64,000 nt of DNA, from IMG/VR virus record IMGVR_UViG_3300027733_000033; one strand, given 5' to 3'. The position numbers and the translations under genes are program-made. Of this stretch, positions 19,423 through 27,575 are shown one piece after another (the first letter of the stretch is position 1; every line of letters starts with the position of its first letter). The notes under the pieces are model-generated. The model was given only the letters and a program-made list of their open reading frames with translations. It ran no database searches and was not told the DNA's origin. The DNA comes from a virus.

Positions 19423-20064
19423 CTAGTTGCGAACCAAAATTACATTATGCGTATCGCTTTTATCACCCCGATAAATGAATCCGTTAGAAAAGAATACAGA
19501 ACGATCGTCATCAGTTCCATCACAAGCCCAAAATTCTCCATCAAGGTTCAATTTCAGCAATTCTGTTGTCGTAGGTAAGCGCCACCCATTATGGCAATGC
19601 TCTTTAGCGTATTCAACTGCACCCCACCAATTTTCTTGAATAATTTTTGGAGTTTGTGAAGTAAATTTACCAATAGTTTCCAAATTGTTAGCAACTGCTT
19701 CAATAGCAAAAAAGTTTAGCATTTCATTATAAGCAAAATCAATTTTAGCATAAATAACATAGCATGCCCAAGCAGGCGCTTCGTTATTTACAATGTTTTT
19801 AAACATGGCATCTTCAATGCAGTAAAAACTAAAATTTTCTAAACATTCTCTGCGCGGTTGGCTACGCATACGATTTACCGCAATCCGTTTACCTAATTTT
19901 TTACTATACACGTCAACCTTAGAAGAAAAGGCTACACCAAATGTCACAACAGGTATTTTTGAGCCGTTAGCGCCTGTCATATAATCTGTTTCGTATGCAA
20001 TAGTGATAACATTAGTTCTTGCTAAACTGGTATCACCTAAAAAATAATATTTCACATTGCTCAT
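19423..20064 (-). CDS. two-domain protein with C-terminal DUF1566-like domain
   Basis: N-terminal D.YSKKLGKRIA..R motif; C-terminal W..AVEY...GWRLPT..EL...FW...VILVR. Confidence 0.65.
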   Translation of the reverse strand: MSNVKYYFLGDTSLARTNVITIAYETDYMTGANGSKIPVVTFGVAFSSKVDVYSKKLGKRIAVNRMRSQPRRECLENFSFYCIEDAMFKNIVNNEAPAWACYVIYAKIDFAYNEMLNFFAIEAVANNLETIGKFTSQTPKIIQENWWGAVEYAKEHCHNGWRLPTTTELLKLNLDGEFWACDGTDDDRSVFFSNGFIYRGDKSDTHNVILVRN

Positions 20065-20072
20065 AATTTATT

Positions 20073-20143
20073 ACTCCAATTTTATTAAGGTTTAACTTCA
20101 AGATCTATTATACTACTATTTTATGAAAAGTAAAGCTTTATTT
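20073..20143 (-). promoter_or_regulatory. class-1 early promoter cassette, variant lacking the leader ATG
   Basis: TATAATAGATCTTGAAGTTA: 3-nt deletion relative to the other copies. Confidence 0.8.
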
Positions 20144-20475
20144 ATTATCAGGAACCCCACCTAGGATTTCAATACATTCATTAACCCTAACAAAAATAGA
20201 TATCGGTATTTCATATTCGCATACATAATTAAGAAGTTCTCGTACTTCTTCCAGTTTTTCTAAAAGAATTTTGTCATTCATAATTTACCCATATAGCCGC
20301 TTAATTTCAAATTCATAACCCTTATATTCTTCGATTGCTTTTTCCATAGCAATTTCTGCTGATTCTCTGGTTCGATACAAACCTTCAGTAAATGTTTCTT
20401 CAGGACAGGATACTGCATTCCATCCAACAACTTCATATATTTTTAAATCTTTATTGAAATCGTCAGTTAATGAAC

Positions 20476-21006
20476 TCATAATTCCACCTCCCCGCTGTTC
20501 AACATACCGCAAGCACGTTCTGCATCACTTTTTGTTGTAAAATATACTGCTATTTTTTGGTATATACGAGTAACATCAATAGACCATCTGTCGTCATCAA
20601 CAATAAACTCAATCGTATATTTAAAACTCGATACGTCTGACCAATCCACCACATCATCACCGCATAATTCGTCACGCAAAGCCAGTAAACGATTGAACTT
20701 GCGCATCTCAACAGATGCTTTTTCTGCTTGCTCTCGGGTTGGGCGTTCATGCCCAAATTCTTTTGTTCCAACCCATGACGGTAAATTAGATATTTTACCA
20801 CCCGAATTAATGTTGCACGAACCTCCAACAGGCTGCCATTTAACCGGTTTACGGCGGTATTCGTATCCTTCATACCAATTAAAATTACCGGTAACACTTT
20901 CCCACTTATCATACATTTTAACTTCCCACAACTCCCATGGGGTTTTATTAGTAAATGCGTCTTTTGCATATTCTAACATCAAATCAGCGTGTTTATGTCC
21001 ACTCAT
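20476..21006 (-). CDS. hypothetical protein
   Basis: HKHADLMLEYAKDA...PWELWE...EYRRKP pattern seen in phage proteins. Confidence 0.65.
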   Translation of the reverse strand: MSGHKHADLMLEYAKDAFTNKTPWELWEVKMYDKWESVTGNFNWYEGYEYRRKPVKWQPVGGSCNINSGGKISNLPSWVGTKEFGHERPTREQAEKASVEMRKFNRLLALRDELCGDDVVDWSDVSSFKYTIEFIVDDDRWSIDVTRIYQKIAVYFTTKSDAERACGMLNSGEVEL

Positions 21007-21731
21007 TATTTACACCCAGCATGATTATCAATTTTATCTTTAGGGATAAAATTTAGTTTATGCTCACTGATACAATATTCATATTTATTTCCTCTCCAAG
21101 ACACTTCAGCTTCACCGGCTAACTCCGCTTGCCCACGAGTATTGAAAACACCAATCACATAACTATGATTTTCACGGTCACCCCAACGTAAGGCTTCAAC
21201 TACAAATAAAGAACCTTCCGCATATTGGGTTTCAAAGGCGGTGTATGTTTTATTTACTGAAGGAACAACAAATTCAGCAGTTTCCATTTTAATCTCCAAA
21301 TATAATAGTTTCAGCGGCTTTTTCAGCGCGGATAATTTCAGATTTTATTTTTACTAGAGTGTTAAGGTTATTTTCTAAGGCGGCGGCAATTTTATGCTTA
21401 ACCGGATCGCCACTTGCTTGATATTTATCTACCAGTTTACATCTTTTTTTAATTGTTTCATCTAAAGTATCAAGCACAATTTTCATATTAGACTTTTTGA
21501 ATCGTTCCATTTTTATTCGCCTGTTTCGCATTTTGCTGAGTAACCTAATAAACCGTCAACCAACGCCTGTTCAATTTCTGGTTTATGCTGTTCAAGATAA
21601 AACTCACACTCAGCATAGGATTGAAATTCCATAGTAATTTTTTCTGGAGTGCCGTGGTCAACTTGAGACGGTGTAAAATATAGTAAAAATGTTAAAACTA
21701 TTGCTTCCATTATAATATCCTCAAATTAAAA

Positions 21732-21908
21732 TTAAAGAGTAACAACCATATAGCGCATACCGTAGTATGATTTTTCACCAGGAGTCAGCATTTTATTCCA
21801 GTCTTTTGCCCGTTCCTTTGCTTCTTCTTTAGTTTCAAAAATGAATAAGATATTATCTTTACCACTTTTTGAACCGATACTGCCGCCTTTCAAATATATA
21901 CCAAACAT
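21732..21908 (-). CDS. small early protein, homologous to a module of polyprotein A
   Basis: GGSIGS...ETKE.A...AK..NK.L.PGEK.YYG shared with 7087-7269. Confidence 0.8.
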   Translation of the reverse strand: MFGIYLKGGSIGSKSGKDNILFIFETKEEAKERAKDWNKMLTPGEKSYYGMRYMVVTL

Positions 21909-21914
21909 ATCAAA

Positions 21915-21990
21915 CACTCCAATTAATTCAAGGGATAACTTCATTAATATCTATTATACTCGGTTTTATAGAAAAGTAAAGCTTTATTTT
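21915..21990 (-). promoter_or_regulatory. class-1 early promoter cassette
   Basis: Same repeat motif. Confidence 0.85.
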
Positions 21991-22001
21991 AAGGCTTAAT
22001 G

Positions 22002-22070
22002 ATATTTTTAAGCGCTTAACCTCAATTCACGCCCGACTAGGCTATTGGTCTATAAAGTAAAGTTTTATTT
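22002..22070 (-). repeat. class-2 element, copy with the -10 box deleted
   Basis: GACCAAT[GAGACTATAAT]AGCC deletion relative to the 46891 copy. Confidence 0.8.
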
Positions 22071-22112
22071 TATATGTGAAAAAGCCGACAATTAAGCCGG
22101 CTTGTTATGAGT

Positions 22113-22454
22113 TTAATAATCGCTGTAATTGCCACTAGATATTCTTGGCCAAGGCTCATCATCTTTAATCGCTTGAGCTAAATCAAACGCATACTTTTTG
22201 GCTGTTGCTAATTTAGAAAACACCCAACTTTCTTTATCGCCAACTTTCTTAAATGATTCTGGCTGTCCTTCATTCACCGACCATTCATTAAATCTTGTTC
22301 TATAAATATCAACAACTGAAGAATCAATCCCTAAACTATTTTTCTCAATAGAAATACGATACCAATCTGTATTAACTTTTCTGATTTTAAGCGGCGCTTC
22401 TTTTTTAGGTTTAGCCGCTTCATTTAAATTTTTGAATTCGTTATAACTTAACAT
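22113..22454 (-). CDS. putative internal head protein with targeting-like N-terminus
   Basis: MLSYNEFKNLNE-AAK; both TAAATA (22483-22488) and a sigma70-like promoter (~22497-22530) upstream. Confidence 0.7.
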   Translation of the reverse strand: MLSYNEFKNLNEAAKPKKEAPLKIRKVNTDWYRISIEKNSLGIDSSVVDIYRTRFNEWSVNEGQPESFKKVGDKESWVFSKLATAKKYAFDLAQAIKDDEPWPRISSGNYSDY

Positions 22455-22585
22455 TTGAACCTCATTTAATATTGACCTTACCTATTTATTAAATTCTATT
22501 ATACTCGGTTTTTATCAAAAGTAAAGCTTTTTTTAATTATTTTTTAGGCGCAAAAAAGCCGACAATTAAGCCGGCTTTCGTTTAA

Positions 22586-23275
22586 CTAATCAGCGTATGC
22601 AATCACAATATCTTTACAAATTCCTGACCTAACAATATCGTCTATATCAAAATGAACCCATCCTACATTGTTAAGATGTTTCAAACGGGTAAGCGCATCA
22701 TCTAAACCAGATAATCCTTTAATATCTTTTTGTTGTACGTCACCATCAACTACAACTTTACTGTTTTCGCCGATTCTAGTTAAGAACATTCGCAGTTGTG
22801 TTGGTGTACAATTTTGCGCTTCATCAAGAATAATAAAACTGTCTTCAAATGTACTTCCTCGCATATAGGCTAACGGTCTAAATTCAATAATTTTCCGTTT
22901 GAACAAATATTCAGTAAAAGAAGCGCCTAATCTTTTGTTTAAAATATCCAACATTGGTTGAAGATATGGCAAGGTTTTTTCTTCTAATTCTCCTGGAAGA
23001 AATCCTAAATGTTCACCAGCTTCTTGAATAGGTCTAGTGAGAACAATTTTATTAATCTTTTTGGCTTTTAATAATTCAGCGGCGTAAGCAATAGCAACAT
23101 AAGACTTACCTGTTCCAGCAGAACCTGTACCAAAAGTCAATACGTTTGTTTTTATCGAATTCAGGTAGCGTTTTTGGTTATGTGTTAAGGTAACAATTTC
23201 GGCAGGTTGTAATTCGTCAAGTTCAAAAGTAGGAGCAGTTTGACGTGTCTTTTTAATTTTGCTTGTGGTTGCCAT
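22586..23275 (-). CDS. phoH: PhoH-like ATPase
   Basis: GSAGTGKS, LGFLPG, YMRGSTF, LDEAQN, TRIGE, DIVRS motifs. Confidence 0.95.
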   Translation of the reverse strand: MATTSKIKKTRQTAPTFELDELQPAEIVTLTHNQKRYLNSIKTNVLTFGTGSAGTGKSYVAIAYAAELLKAKKINKIVLTRPIQEAGEHLGFLPGELEEKTLPYLQPMLDILNKRLGASFTEYLFKRKIIEFRPLAYMRGSTFEDSFIILDEAQNCTPTQLRMFLTRIGENSKVVVDGDVQQKDIKGLSGLDDALTRLKHLNNVGWVHFDIDDIVRSGICKDIVIAYAD

Positions 23276-23310
23276 ACAATTTCCATATGTTAAGTTAAAA
23301 TTAGTATTTT

Positions 23311-23404
23311 ACTAAATATTTTGTACAAAAAAGCTGGTCGCGATATCCCCATATCCACCAGCACTAATCATTCTAACGATAAAAGGAATTACCATGACCA
23401 GCAC
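23311..23404 (+). promoter_or_regulatory. late promoter plus structured leader of the homing endonuclease
   Basis: ACTAAATA; GCTGGT can pair with ACCAGC at 23357-23362 or with GACCAGC overlapping the ATG. Confidence 0.55.
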
Positions 23405-24035
23405 AAGTATTTATACCGCAATAGATCCCACCTATCTCTATATCAAACAACATTCCATAACCGGCTTAAAGTATTTTGGGAAAACAATAAAAGACCCATA
23501 CACATACAATGGCTCAGGCAAATACTGGTGTAACCACATCAAAGTCCACGGTAAAGAACACATCGTTACTCTTTGGGTTTCGGAACCTTACACAGACACA
23601 TCTATCGCTGAATTCGCCTTAAAGTTTTCTGCAGAAAACGATATTGTCAATTCTAAAAAATGGGCTAATCTGATGCCAGAAAATGGGTTAGATGGCGGAA
23701 GTGTGAAACATACAAACGAAACCAAAGCCAAAATGTCTGTCTCACAAAAAGGCAGAACTCACACAGAAGAAGCTAAAGCCAAAATGTCTGTCTCACAAAA
23801 AGGCAGAAAATGTAGCACATGTTCAGATAAAACTAAAGCCAAACTATCTGATGGTAATTTTTTAGGTAAAGCACACACAGAAGAATCTAAAGCTAAAATG
23901 CGTAAGCCTAAATCAGAAGAAACAAAGGCTAAAATGCGTAAACCGAAAAAACAAATAACATGTCCACATTGCGGTAAAACTGGTGGAGTGAGTGCAATGA
24001 AACAATGGCATTTTGACAACTGCAAATTAAAGTAA
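23394..24035 (+). CDS. free-standing homing endonuclease (GIY-YIG-like, NUMOD3 repeats, C-terminal CPHC..WHFDNC)
   Basis: YLYIKQH..TGLKYFGKT; HTEE.KAKMS repeats. Confidence 0.85.
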   Translation: MTSTSIYTAIDPTYLYIKQHSITGLKYFGKTIKDPYTYNGSGKYWCNHIKVHGKEHIVTLWVSEPYTDTSIAEFALKFSAENDIVNSKKWANLMPENGLDGGSVKHTNETKAKMSVSQKGRTHTEEAKAKMSVSQKGRKCSTCSDKTKAKLSDGNFLGKAHTEESKAKMRKPKSEETKAKMRKPKKQITCPHCGKTGGVSAMKQWHFDNCKLK

Positions 24036-24097
24036 AAAAAAAGTTCACAGCCAATTAAAACTGTGAACCTTTAAAATTAGTGATTATTGTTTATCCA

Positions 24098-24406
24098 TTA
24101 AACAATAATTTTACCATTTGAAACCAGCTGAATTGCTCCAGGATGAAACAATTTTGTATATTCATCTGCAAGTTTAGAATCTGGTTCAGCTTCAGCCGCA
24201 ACCGCAGATTTTTTAATTTTCACTTTGCCGTCAACAGCGAACGCAATAAACGGCGCGATTTGTACGCCAGATTGACCATCTGGGTTTGTGCCGATACTTA
24301 CATACGCAGGGTATGAAGTCACATATTCAAATTCATCCTCAGATTCCAAACGGGTTAAAACGTCTTCACCGGTTGTTAATTTTAGAGCAATTACAGTTGT
24401 AGTCAT
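24098..24406 (-). CDS. Sm-like fold protein of the type following hsp20 in T4-like phages
   Basis: LKLTTGEDVL...P..KLADEY pattern and position. Confidence 0.6.
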   Translation of the reverse strand: MTTTVIALKLTTGEDVLTRLESEDEFEYVTSYPAYVSIGTNPDGQSGVQIAPFIAFAVDGKVKIKKSAVAAEAEPDSKLADEYTKLFHPGAIQLVSNGKIIV

Positions 24407-24411
24407 ATAGT

Positions 24412-24828
24412 TTATTTCGCTTCAGTTAATAATTGAGGATTAGATTTGGTATTAATCAGAATTTGTTTTGGTTTTAAACTTTCTGGGATAACTTTGTTAA
24501 TATAGATACTTAGTAAACCATTATTCATATCAGCGCCTTTGACTACAGAATCAACGTCTAGCGTAAAGCTACGACTAAATGATTTTGAGCTAATACCCTT
24601 ATGAAAATATTTTGATTCAGCTGCATCAGTTTTAACAGAATAAGAAACTGTTAAAACCTGTTTTTCTAGCAAGATTGAAATATCATCTTCCGATAAGCCG
24701 GCAAGCGCTATTTCTACAATGGTATTAAAATCGTCCACATATTTAATATTGTATGGTGGATAATTAACCTTTTCCTGTCTAGCGATTTGGTTTTGTATTT
24801 CTTTTAATACTAAAATTGGATGTGTCAT
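24412..24828 (-). CDS. small heat-shock protein (Hsp20/IbpA-like)
   Basis: YPPYNI, EIALAG, YFHKGIS.KSF.RSFTL, A.MNNGLL.I motifs. Confidence 0.92.
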   Translation of the reverse strand: MTHPILVLKEIQNQIARQEKVNYPPYNIKYVDDFNTIVEIALAGLSEDDISILLEKQVLTVSYSVKTDAAESKYFHKGISSKSFSRSFTLDVDSVVKGADMNNGLLSIYINKVIPESLKPKQILINTKSNPQLLTEAK

Positions 24829-24834
24829 ATAAAA

Positions 24835-24877
24835 TCTCCTTTATAAAAAGCAAGAATTGTGTTCCTAATGGCAACAC
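24835..24877 (-). promoter_or_regulatory. ROSE-like RNA thermometer hairpins in the hsp20 leader
   Basis: TCTTGCT pairs with AGGAGA (SD) with a bulged G; upstream GTGTTGCC/GGAACAC hairpin. Confidence 0.65.
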
Positions 24878-24997
24878 AGGTTAAAAGTGGCTCAACTTAT
24901 CGTATTGAGGATGGTAGTTTCTATTGCTACACGGTCAGTTCCGTTGACGTAGAACTGTCCTACAAACCTATTTAGTAACGTTTTACCGCCTACTATT

Positions 24998-25167
24998 TTA
25001 GCAATTCCATTTCTTTAAGGCTAATGCCTTTCTTGTTGGTTTGCCATTTTTATCTTTCATTGGTCCGGATACGCCACTCATTCTGGCACAAAAGCTTTTG
25101 CGTCTTTTTGCTGCTTATCTCTCCAGCATTTAAAACTAAGAGGGTTCTTTTTTTCGTTTAATTCCAT
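24998..25167 (-). pseudogene. broken DUF6321-like head-protein gene
   Basis: AAKRRKSFCARMSG...PTRKALALKKWNC* is out of frame with the SD-led start MELNEKK and preceded by TAA. Confidence 0.6.
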
Positions 25168-25238
25168 AAATTTTCCTTTAATCATCTATAGAATTATTTA
25201 GGGTATGATAGCGAAAAGTAAGAACCAACGCAGGTATT

Positions 25239-25312
25239 TGGAGCCGGTACACAGAATCAAACTGTGATCTAAAGATTACAAGTCAATTGTATTATCATTA
25301 TACTATACCGGC
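25239..25312 (-). tRNA. degenerate tRNA-Thr(TGT)
   Basis: Acceptor GCCGGTA/TACCGGC plus CCA; two anticodon-stem mismatches, no D-loop GG, T-loop TTTGATT. Confidence 0.6.
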
Positions 25313-25318
25313 GTTATT

Positions 25319-25393
25319 TGGCTCCATCTCACGAAATCGAATCGCTCTCACACGGATTAACAGTTCGGTCGCACACCTTGTGCGTTAGATGGA
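25319..25393 (-). tRNA. atypical tRNA-Asn(GTT)
   Basis: TCCATCT/AGATGGA-G-CCA, CTGTTAA loop, TTCGA; imperfect anticodon and T stems. Confidence 0.55.
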
Positions 25394-25399
25394 ATAATT

Positions 25400-25475
25400 T
25401 GGTCTCCCTGCGTCGATTTGAACGACGGACAATGCGCCCCAAACGCATCATGTTACCAGACTACACTACAGAGAG
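25400..25475 (-). tRNA. tRNA-Pro(TGG)
   Basis: ATGCG-TTTGGGG-CGCAT anticodon arm; CCA end. Confidence 0.88.
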
Positions 25476-25480
25476 AATAT

Positions 25481-25587
25481 TCAGTTTGGTTATTTCAGTT
25501 TTTAACGTGGGACTAACCTATCACCACAATACAACATCAGTTTGGTTATTTCGGTTTTTAACGCGGAGCTAACCTACTGCCGCAACA
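25481..25587 (-). ncRNA. tandem ~50-nt repeat predicted to form pseudoknots
   Basis: Copies at 25481-25529 and 25537-25587; GCGG/CCGC vs GTGG/CCAC compensatory change. Confidence 0.55.
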
Positions 25588-25604
25588 TTATTTAATATAA
25601 AAAT

Positions 25605-25680
25605 TGGAGCCACTGAAAGGAATCGAACCCTCAACCCCCTGATTACAAGTCAGGTGCTCTACCAATTGAGCTACAGTGGC
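25605..25680 (-). tRNA. tRNA-Thr(TGT)
   Basis: Canonical cloverleaf, CCTGA-CTTGTAA-TCAGG, TTCGA, CCA. Confidence 0.93.
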
Positions 25681-25694
25681 GTTTAAAACTTATT

Positions 25695-25771
25695 AGGGGT
25701 GACTAGTGGGACTCGAACCCACAAAATCTCGAATCACAATCGAGGACGTCTACCAATTCCGTCATAGTCAC
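25695..25771 (-). tRNA. tRNA-His(GTG)
   Basis: CTCGA-TTGTGAT-TCGAG; C discriminator; ends CCT rather than CCA. Confidence 0.88.
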
Positions 25772-25791
25772 ACCTAATAAGTCTTTGTAAT

Positions 25792-25875
25792 TGGTGGAGA
25801 TCCCTGGATTCGAACCAGGTGCCCTTTGGGCACGGATTTACAGTCCGCTGCAGTCGCCTATGCCGCTCGACCTCC
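25792..25875 (-). tRNA. tRNA-Tyr(GTA)
   Basis: GCGGA-CTGTAAA-TCCGT, long variable arm, ACCA. Confidence 0.9.
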
Positions 25876-25913
25876 AAATATTTTTTAAAAAAGTAAAGGT
25901 TTAAAACTATTTG

Positions 25914-25985
25914 TGCCCTCGCCAGGATTCGAACCTGGAACCAAATTCTTATGAGGAATACGCTCTGCCGTTGAGCTAAAAGGGC
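25914..25985 (-). tRNA. tRNA with CAT anticodon (Met or Ile2)
   Basis: CTCATAA loop, G1-C72, TTCGAA; no encoded CCA. Confidence 0.85.
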
Positions 25986-25995
25986 AAATTTTTTA

Positions 25996-26083
25996 GATAG
26001 TCACCGGTACTGAACCTCCGGCATTACTGTTCTATTGGGCAGTCAACCTATTCTCTTGCGTATCAACCTACGCATTAACTATC
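25996..26083 (-). ncRNA. candidate structured small RNA in the tRNA operon
   Basis: Closing stem GATAGT/ACTATC; hairpins TGCGTA/TACGCA and CCGG/CCGG. Confidence 0.55.
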
Positions 26084-26323
26084 AAGTCATAAGTATTTAA
26101 CGGAGTTACATGTGCTGCCTAGTATGACCACAAACCCGACTAGAATGTAATACTTATGCTTCATAATGTTTGTCTTTCCAAACTGTCAGTTCTTTTTTGT
26201 GCTTTAAGGCTTTCCGCAGAACATACATTTGCCACTTTTAATTGGTAGTGCTTCCAATTTTGATAGTAACCCCGATCCAAACCGAATAGGCTACCAAAAC
26301 TCTTTAACTCAAACTACAGGTAT

Positions 26324-26360
26324 ATTATAATTTATTTACACAATAAAGTAAAGTTTTATT
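26324..26360 (-). promoter_or_regulatory. tRNA-cluster promoter: sigma70-like with TAAATA in the spacer
   Basis: TTTACT-TTATTGTGTAAATAAAT-TATAAT. Confidence 0.7.
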
Positions 26361-26605
26361 TAAAGAGCAGCAATCGCCGCTACTTCACCCACTTCTGTCA
26401 AAACCGCGATAGTTTCCGCGCTACCAGCAACTTCAGCTACAGTACCAGCGGCGGCAACAGTTCCTTCTACAGCGGCTGTACCAGTTGATACAATAGCATC
26501 ATAAGCAGTTTTAGCCGCTACACCGGTAGCAATATCAACCACGCCATTACCAACTGCCTCAGCTTCATGTTTAACAGCGTGACCGATTTTAGAAAAAATA
26601 TTCAT
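26360..26605 (-). CDS. Ala/Val-rich hypothetical protein
   Basis: ORF track, in operon context. Confidence 0.6.
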   Translation of the reverse strand: MNIFSKIGHAVKHEAEAVGNGVVDIATGVAAKTAYDAIVSTGTAAVEGTVAAAGTVAEVAGSAETIAVLTEVGEVAAIAAL

Positions 26606-26609
26606 GATG

Positions 26610-26963
26610 TTATCTCAAATTGTTTAGCTTATACAAAGTTTCGTTGTTCAAAGATTGTAAAGTATCTATAATGTTCTGAATTTCAGTTTCAGAACCACAA
26701 TCAGCACGATTAGCATCTACCCAAGAACGTAAGGTAGAAACCAATTGGACTGCATCACTAGGGTTATTAACAACAGGATAATCATTAATAATCCCATTTC
26801 TCCCTTGATGATTTTCCGCAAGCGAATCCGCAATGTCAATAACTGCATTATAGAACTCCTCCAGCGCCTTGTGCTGAGAAAAACTTGTTGTTTGTAAATG
26901 TGCGATATGTGCTTTATTTCTAGCATCAAACAATAAAGCAATTAGCTGTGGCATTTTATTCAT
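26610..26963 (-). CDS. ferritin/Dps-like four-helix protein (DUF5856-like)
   Basis: AHIAHLQT.SFSQHKALEEFY...D.LAE..QG...QNIID...TLYKL. Confidence 0.8.
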   Translation of the reverse strand: MNKMPQLIALLFDARNKAHIAHLQTTSFSQHKALEEFYNAVIDIADSLAENHQGRNGIINDYPVVNNPSDAVQLVSTLRSWVDANRADCGSETEIQNIIDTLQSLNNETLYKLNNLR

Positions 26964-27185
26964 TGTAATATATATTCCATTTTATTTATTCTTCAGTTGC
27001 TTCAGCTTGTTCTTCTTGAGCCGCCGCTAATTCTGCGGCTTCTACTTGAGGACGACCCTGATTTTGAATTTTAGTGATAATTTCACTAACATCACGATAA
27101 GGTTCTTCAGAAAGCATTTCAAGGATAAAATTCACTTCTTCAACAGGTAATTCTAATGTAATCAGCATATAGTCATTCCAAAAGG

Positions 27186-27575
27186 TTAAGATTTGTTGTT
27201 TCCCAAATTGTATTTTGGGCATAGTTCCCAGTCAGATTTCTCTTGAAAAGAAAGAATCTTTATGGTATTTAGTGAGCAAGTTTCAAGGTCAACTTTATTG
27301 ACAATTTCTAGTAAACCCCAATCGTTCAATAATTTGGCAATTGTGTTCCTGCGTTTAATATCATCATCTGATATAGAGGTAGGCTTATTATCAAGTTCAA
27401 ACAATTGTTTAAAATGCACCAGATAATATTTACCCTGTTTATGTAATATATGAGCAGTCTGGTAAAGTTTCTTTTCTTGTTTAGAAGCAATACCGATACG
27501 GCTTAATGTTTCACGAACCTTTAAAAAATCATCAGGCTGTTTTAATGTGATTTCTAATAAATCATACTTTTCCAT
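27186..27575 (-). CDS. regA: translational repressor RegA
   Basis: DDFLKVRETLSRIGIAS, LYQTAHILHKQGKYYLVHFK, RRNTIAKLL.DWGL. Confidence 0.95.
   Translation of the reverse strand: MEKYDLLEITLKQPDDFLKVRETLSRIGIASKQEKKLYQTAHILHKQGKYYLVHFKQLFELDNKPTSISDDDIKRRNTIAKLLNDWGLLEIVNKVDLETCSLNTIKILSFQEKSDWELCPKYNLGNNKS

Noticed and set aside
4598-20064. DUF1566-like domains as diversity-generating retroelement targets
   Set aside because: No reverse transcriptase and no template/variable repeat pair differing at adenines seen in this window.
25318-25572. 84-aa plus-strand ORF
   Set aside because: Antisense to tRNA genes.
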